From NCBI GenBank assembly GCA_023700985.1, contig JAMPXV010000001.1, positions 1 to 46,258 of the forward strand: a stretch of DNA of 46,258 nucleotides, read 5' to 3'. This document shows positions 45,048 through 46,258 of the stretch, one piece after another. The position numbers and the translations under genes are program-made. Within the stretch, counting starts at the first letter, position 1. The number at the start of each line of letters is the position of its first letter. A model generated the notes under the pieces. That model ran no database searches, was not told where the DNA came from, and was given only the letters and a program-made list of their open reading frames with translations. This DNA comes from Lysobacter sp. Its GTDB lineage: Bacteria; Pseudomonadota; Gammaproteobacteria; Burkholderiales; Usitatibacteraceae.

Positions 45048-46169
45048 ATGGTTCGCGGTTTGATGTCGTTTTTCGCGCTGGCGCTTTCGGCAGGCGTTGC
45101 GCTCGCCCAGGGCGTCACCGACACCCAGGTCGTGCTGGGGCAGTCGGTCGCCCTCTCGGGCCCCGCGCAGGAACTGGGCAAGGACATGCAGCTCGGCGCC
45201 AGCCTCTACTTCAACCAGGTGAACGCCAGGGGCGGCGTGAACGGCCGCAAGATCGTCCTGAAGACCCTGGACGACGGCTACGAGCCGCCGCGCGCCGCCG
45301 AGAACACGCGCAAGCTGATCAACGACGAGAAGGTGTTCGCCCTGTTCGGGTACGTGGGAACCCCCACCTCCCAGGCGTCCCTGCCGATCTTCACCGAGGC
45401 GAAGGTGCCCTTCGTCGGCGCGTTCACCGGGGCCGAGCTGCTGCGCAACCCCTTCAACCGCTACATCTTCAACGTCCGCGCGAGCTACTGGGACGAGACG
45501 GAGGCGATCGTCCAGCACCTCACGGCGATGAGCGTGACCAAGATCGCCGTCTTCTACCAGAACGACGCCTACGGCATGGCCGGGCTCACGGGCGTCGAGC
45601 GCGCGCTCAAGAAGCGCAACCTCGCGATGGCGGGCAAGGCGACCGTCGAGCGCAACACCGTCGACGTCGCGAAGGCGGTCGCGGAGCTGCGCCAGGCGGC
45701 CCCGGAGGCGATCATCATGATCAGCGCCTACAAGTCCTGCGCCGCCTTCATCAAGGAAATGAAGCAGGCCGGGTCGAACCCGTACTTCTGGAACGTCTCC
45801 TTCGTCGGCAGCAAGGCGCTCGCCAGCGAGCTCGGCGTCGTCGGCCGCGGCGTGCAGATCTCCCAGGTCGTCCCGTTCCCGTGGGACGGCTCGATCCCGG
45901 TAGTCAAGGAGTACCGCGCCCTCATCGCGGAAGCCAAGGGCGAGCCGGGCTTCGGCACCCTGGAAGGCTACATCGCGGCGAAGGTGATGGTGGAGGGAAT
46001 CCGGCGCGCGGGGAAGAACCTCACGCGGGAGAGCTTCATCAAGGCGATGGAATCGCTCGCCCCCTACGACGCGGGCGGATTCAAGGTGGCCTACGGGCCC
46101 GACGACCACAACGGGTCGACCTTCGTCGACCTCACGATCATCTCGCGCAGCCTGAAGTTCGTGCGCTGA
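45048..46169 (+). CDS. ABC transporter periplasmic substrate-binding protein (LivJ-like, type 1 PBP)
   Basis: Signal peptide MVRGLMSFFALALSAGVALAQG. The sequence VVLGQSVALSGPAQELGKDM...GGVNGRKIVLKTLDDGYEP is typical of the branched-chain amino-acid binding family. GGGGAGAG lies upstream. Confidence 0.9.
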   Translation: MVRGLMSFFALALSAGVALAQGVTDTQVVLGQSVALSGPAQELGKDMQLGASLYFNQVNARGGVNGRKIVLKTLDDGYEPPRAAENTRKLINDEKVFALFGYVGTPTSQASLPIFTEAKVPFVGAFTGAELLRNPFNRYIFNVRASYWDETEAIVQHLTAMSVTKIAVFYQNDAYGMAGLTGVERALKKRNLAMAGKATVERNTVDVAKAVAELRQAAPEAIIMISAYKSCAAFIKEMKQAGSNPYFWNVSFVGSKALASELGVVGRGVQISQVVPFPWDGSIPVVKEYRALIAEAKGEPGFGTLEGYIAAKVMVEGIRRAGKNLTRESFIKAMESLAPYDAGGFKVAYGPDDHNGSTFVDLTIISRSLKFVR

Positions 46170-46202
46170 GGCGTCGCCCGCGGCGCGCGAGCGCTGCGGG
46201 GC

Positions 46203-46223
46203 GGGCCCGGCGGCGCCGGGCCC
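46203..46223. terminator. GC hairpin after the binding-protein gene, shared with a convergent gene running off the window
   Basis: GGGCCCGGC-GGC-GCCGGGCCC, a 9-bp stem with no T-run. Confidence 0.4.
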
Positions 46224-46258
46224 TCCTCACTTCACTTCTTGCGCCACTCGGTGGCGCC

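Noticed and set aside
46232-46258. Partial minus-strand CDS end (reads ...GATEWRKK-stop) at the window edge.
   Set aside because: Only 8 codons are visible, so it cannot be identified or distinguished from chance.

Overview
This is a 46.3-kb, very GC-rich chromosomal segment (roughly two-thirds G+C by eye, not computed). Gene content and order look betaproteobacterial: glyA-nrdR-ribD-ribE, ribBA-ribH-nusB-thiL-pgpA, recN-nadK divergent from hrcA-hemH, and grpE-dnaK-dnaJ. I support about 50 tightly packed CDS, many with 1-4 nt stop/start overlaps. I recognised no rRNA, tRNA, CRISPR array, transposase, integrase or phage structural genes, so this is core genome rather than an obvious mobile island. 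Most long ORFs in the six-frame track are Arg/Ala/Pro/Gly-rich shadow frames of real genes, the usual high-GC artefact.

Functional blocks, in order:
- MBL/beta-CASP hydrolase.
- PAS histidine kinase, NarL-type RR, orphan CheY-like RR, Crp/Fnr regulator and Zn-ADH.
- Two hypothetical genes.
- Rubrerythrin / HdrD-like CCG Fe-S protein / DUF3501 module.
- Secreted TPR protein and a TetR regulator.
- OxyR with a Prx5-Grx hybrid peroxidase, an Lpd-like flavoprotein and a small ORF.
- Orphan ParA-like ATPase.
- Riboflavin/nusB/thiL/pgpA/ugpQ chain, interrupted by a cytochrome c fusion gene and a small secreted protein.
- glyA and nrdR.
- TRAP transporter.
- pmbA, yjgA, mogA.
- Esterase, cupin, thioesterase, patatin.
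- recN, nadK.
- hrcA, hemH and a holin-family membrane protein.
- ompW.
- grpE, dnaK, dnaJ.
- A LivJ-like binding protein.

The best candidates for something not yet described are:
1. The rubrerythrin/HdrD-like/DUF3501 module, which has an odd 4 x 10-bp tandem repeat in its internal spacer.
2. The OxyR-linked Prx-Grx + Lpd-like + 79-aa ORF unit.
3. The cytochrome c fusion and secreted protein inserted in the rib operon.

None of these is a proven novel system. All motif coordinates were counted by hand and no database search was possible.
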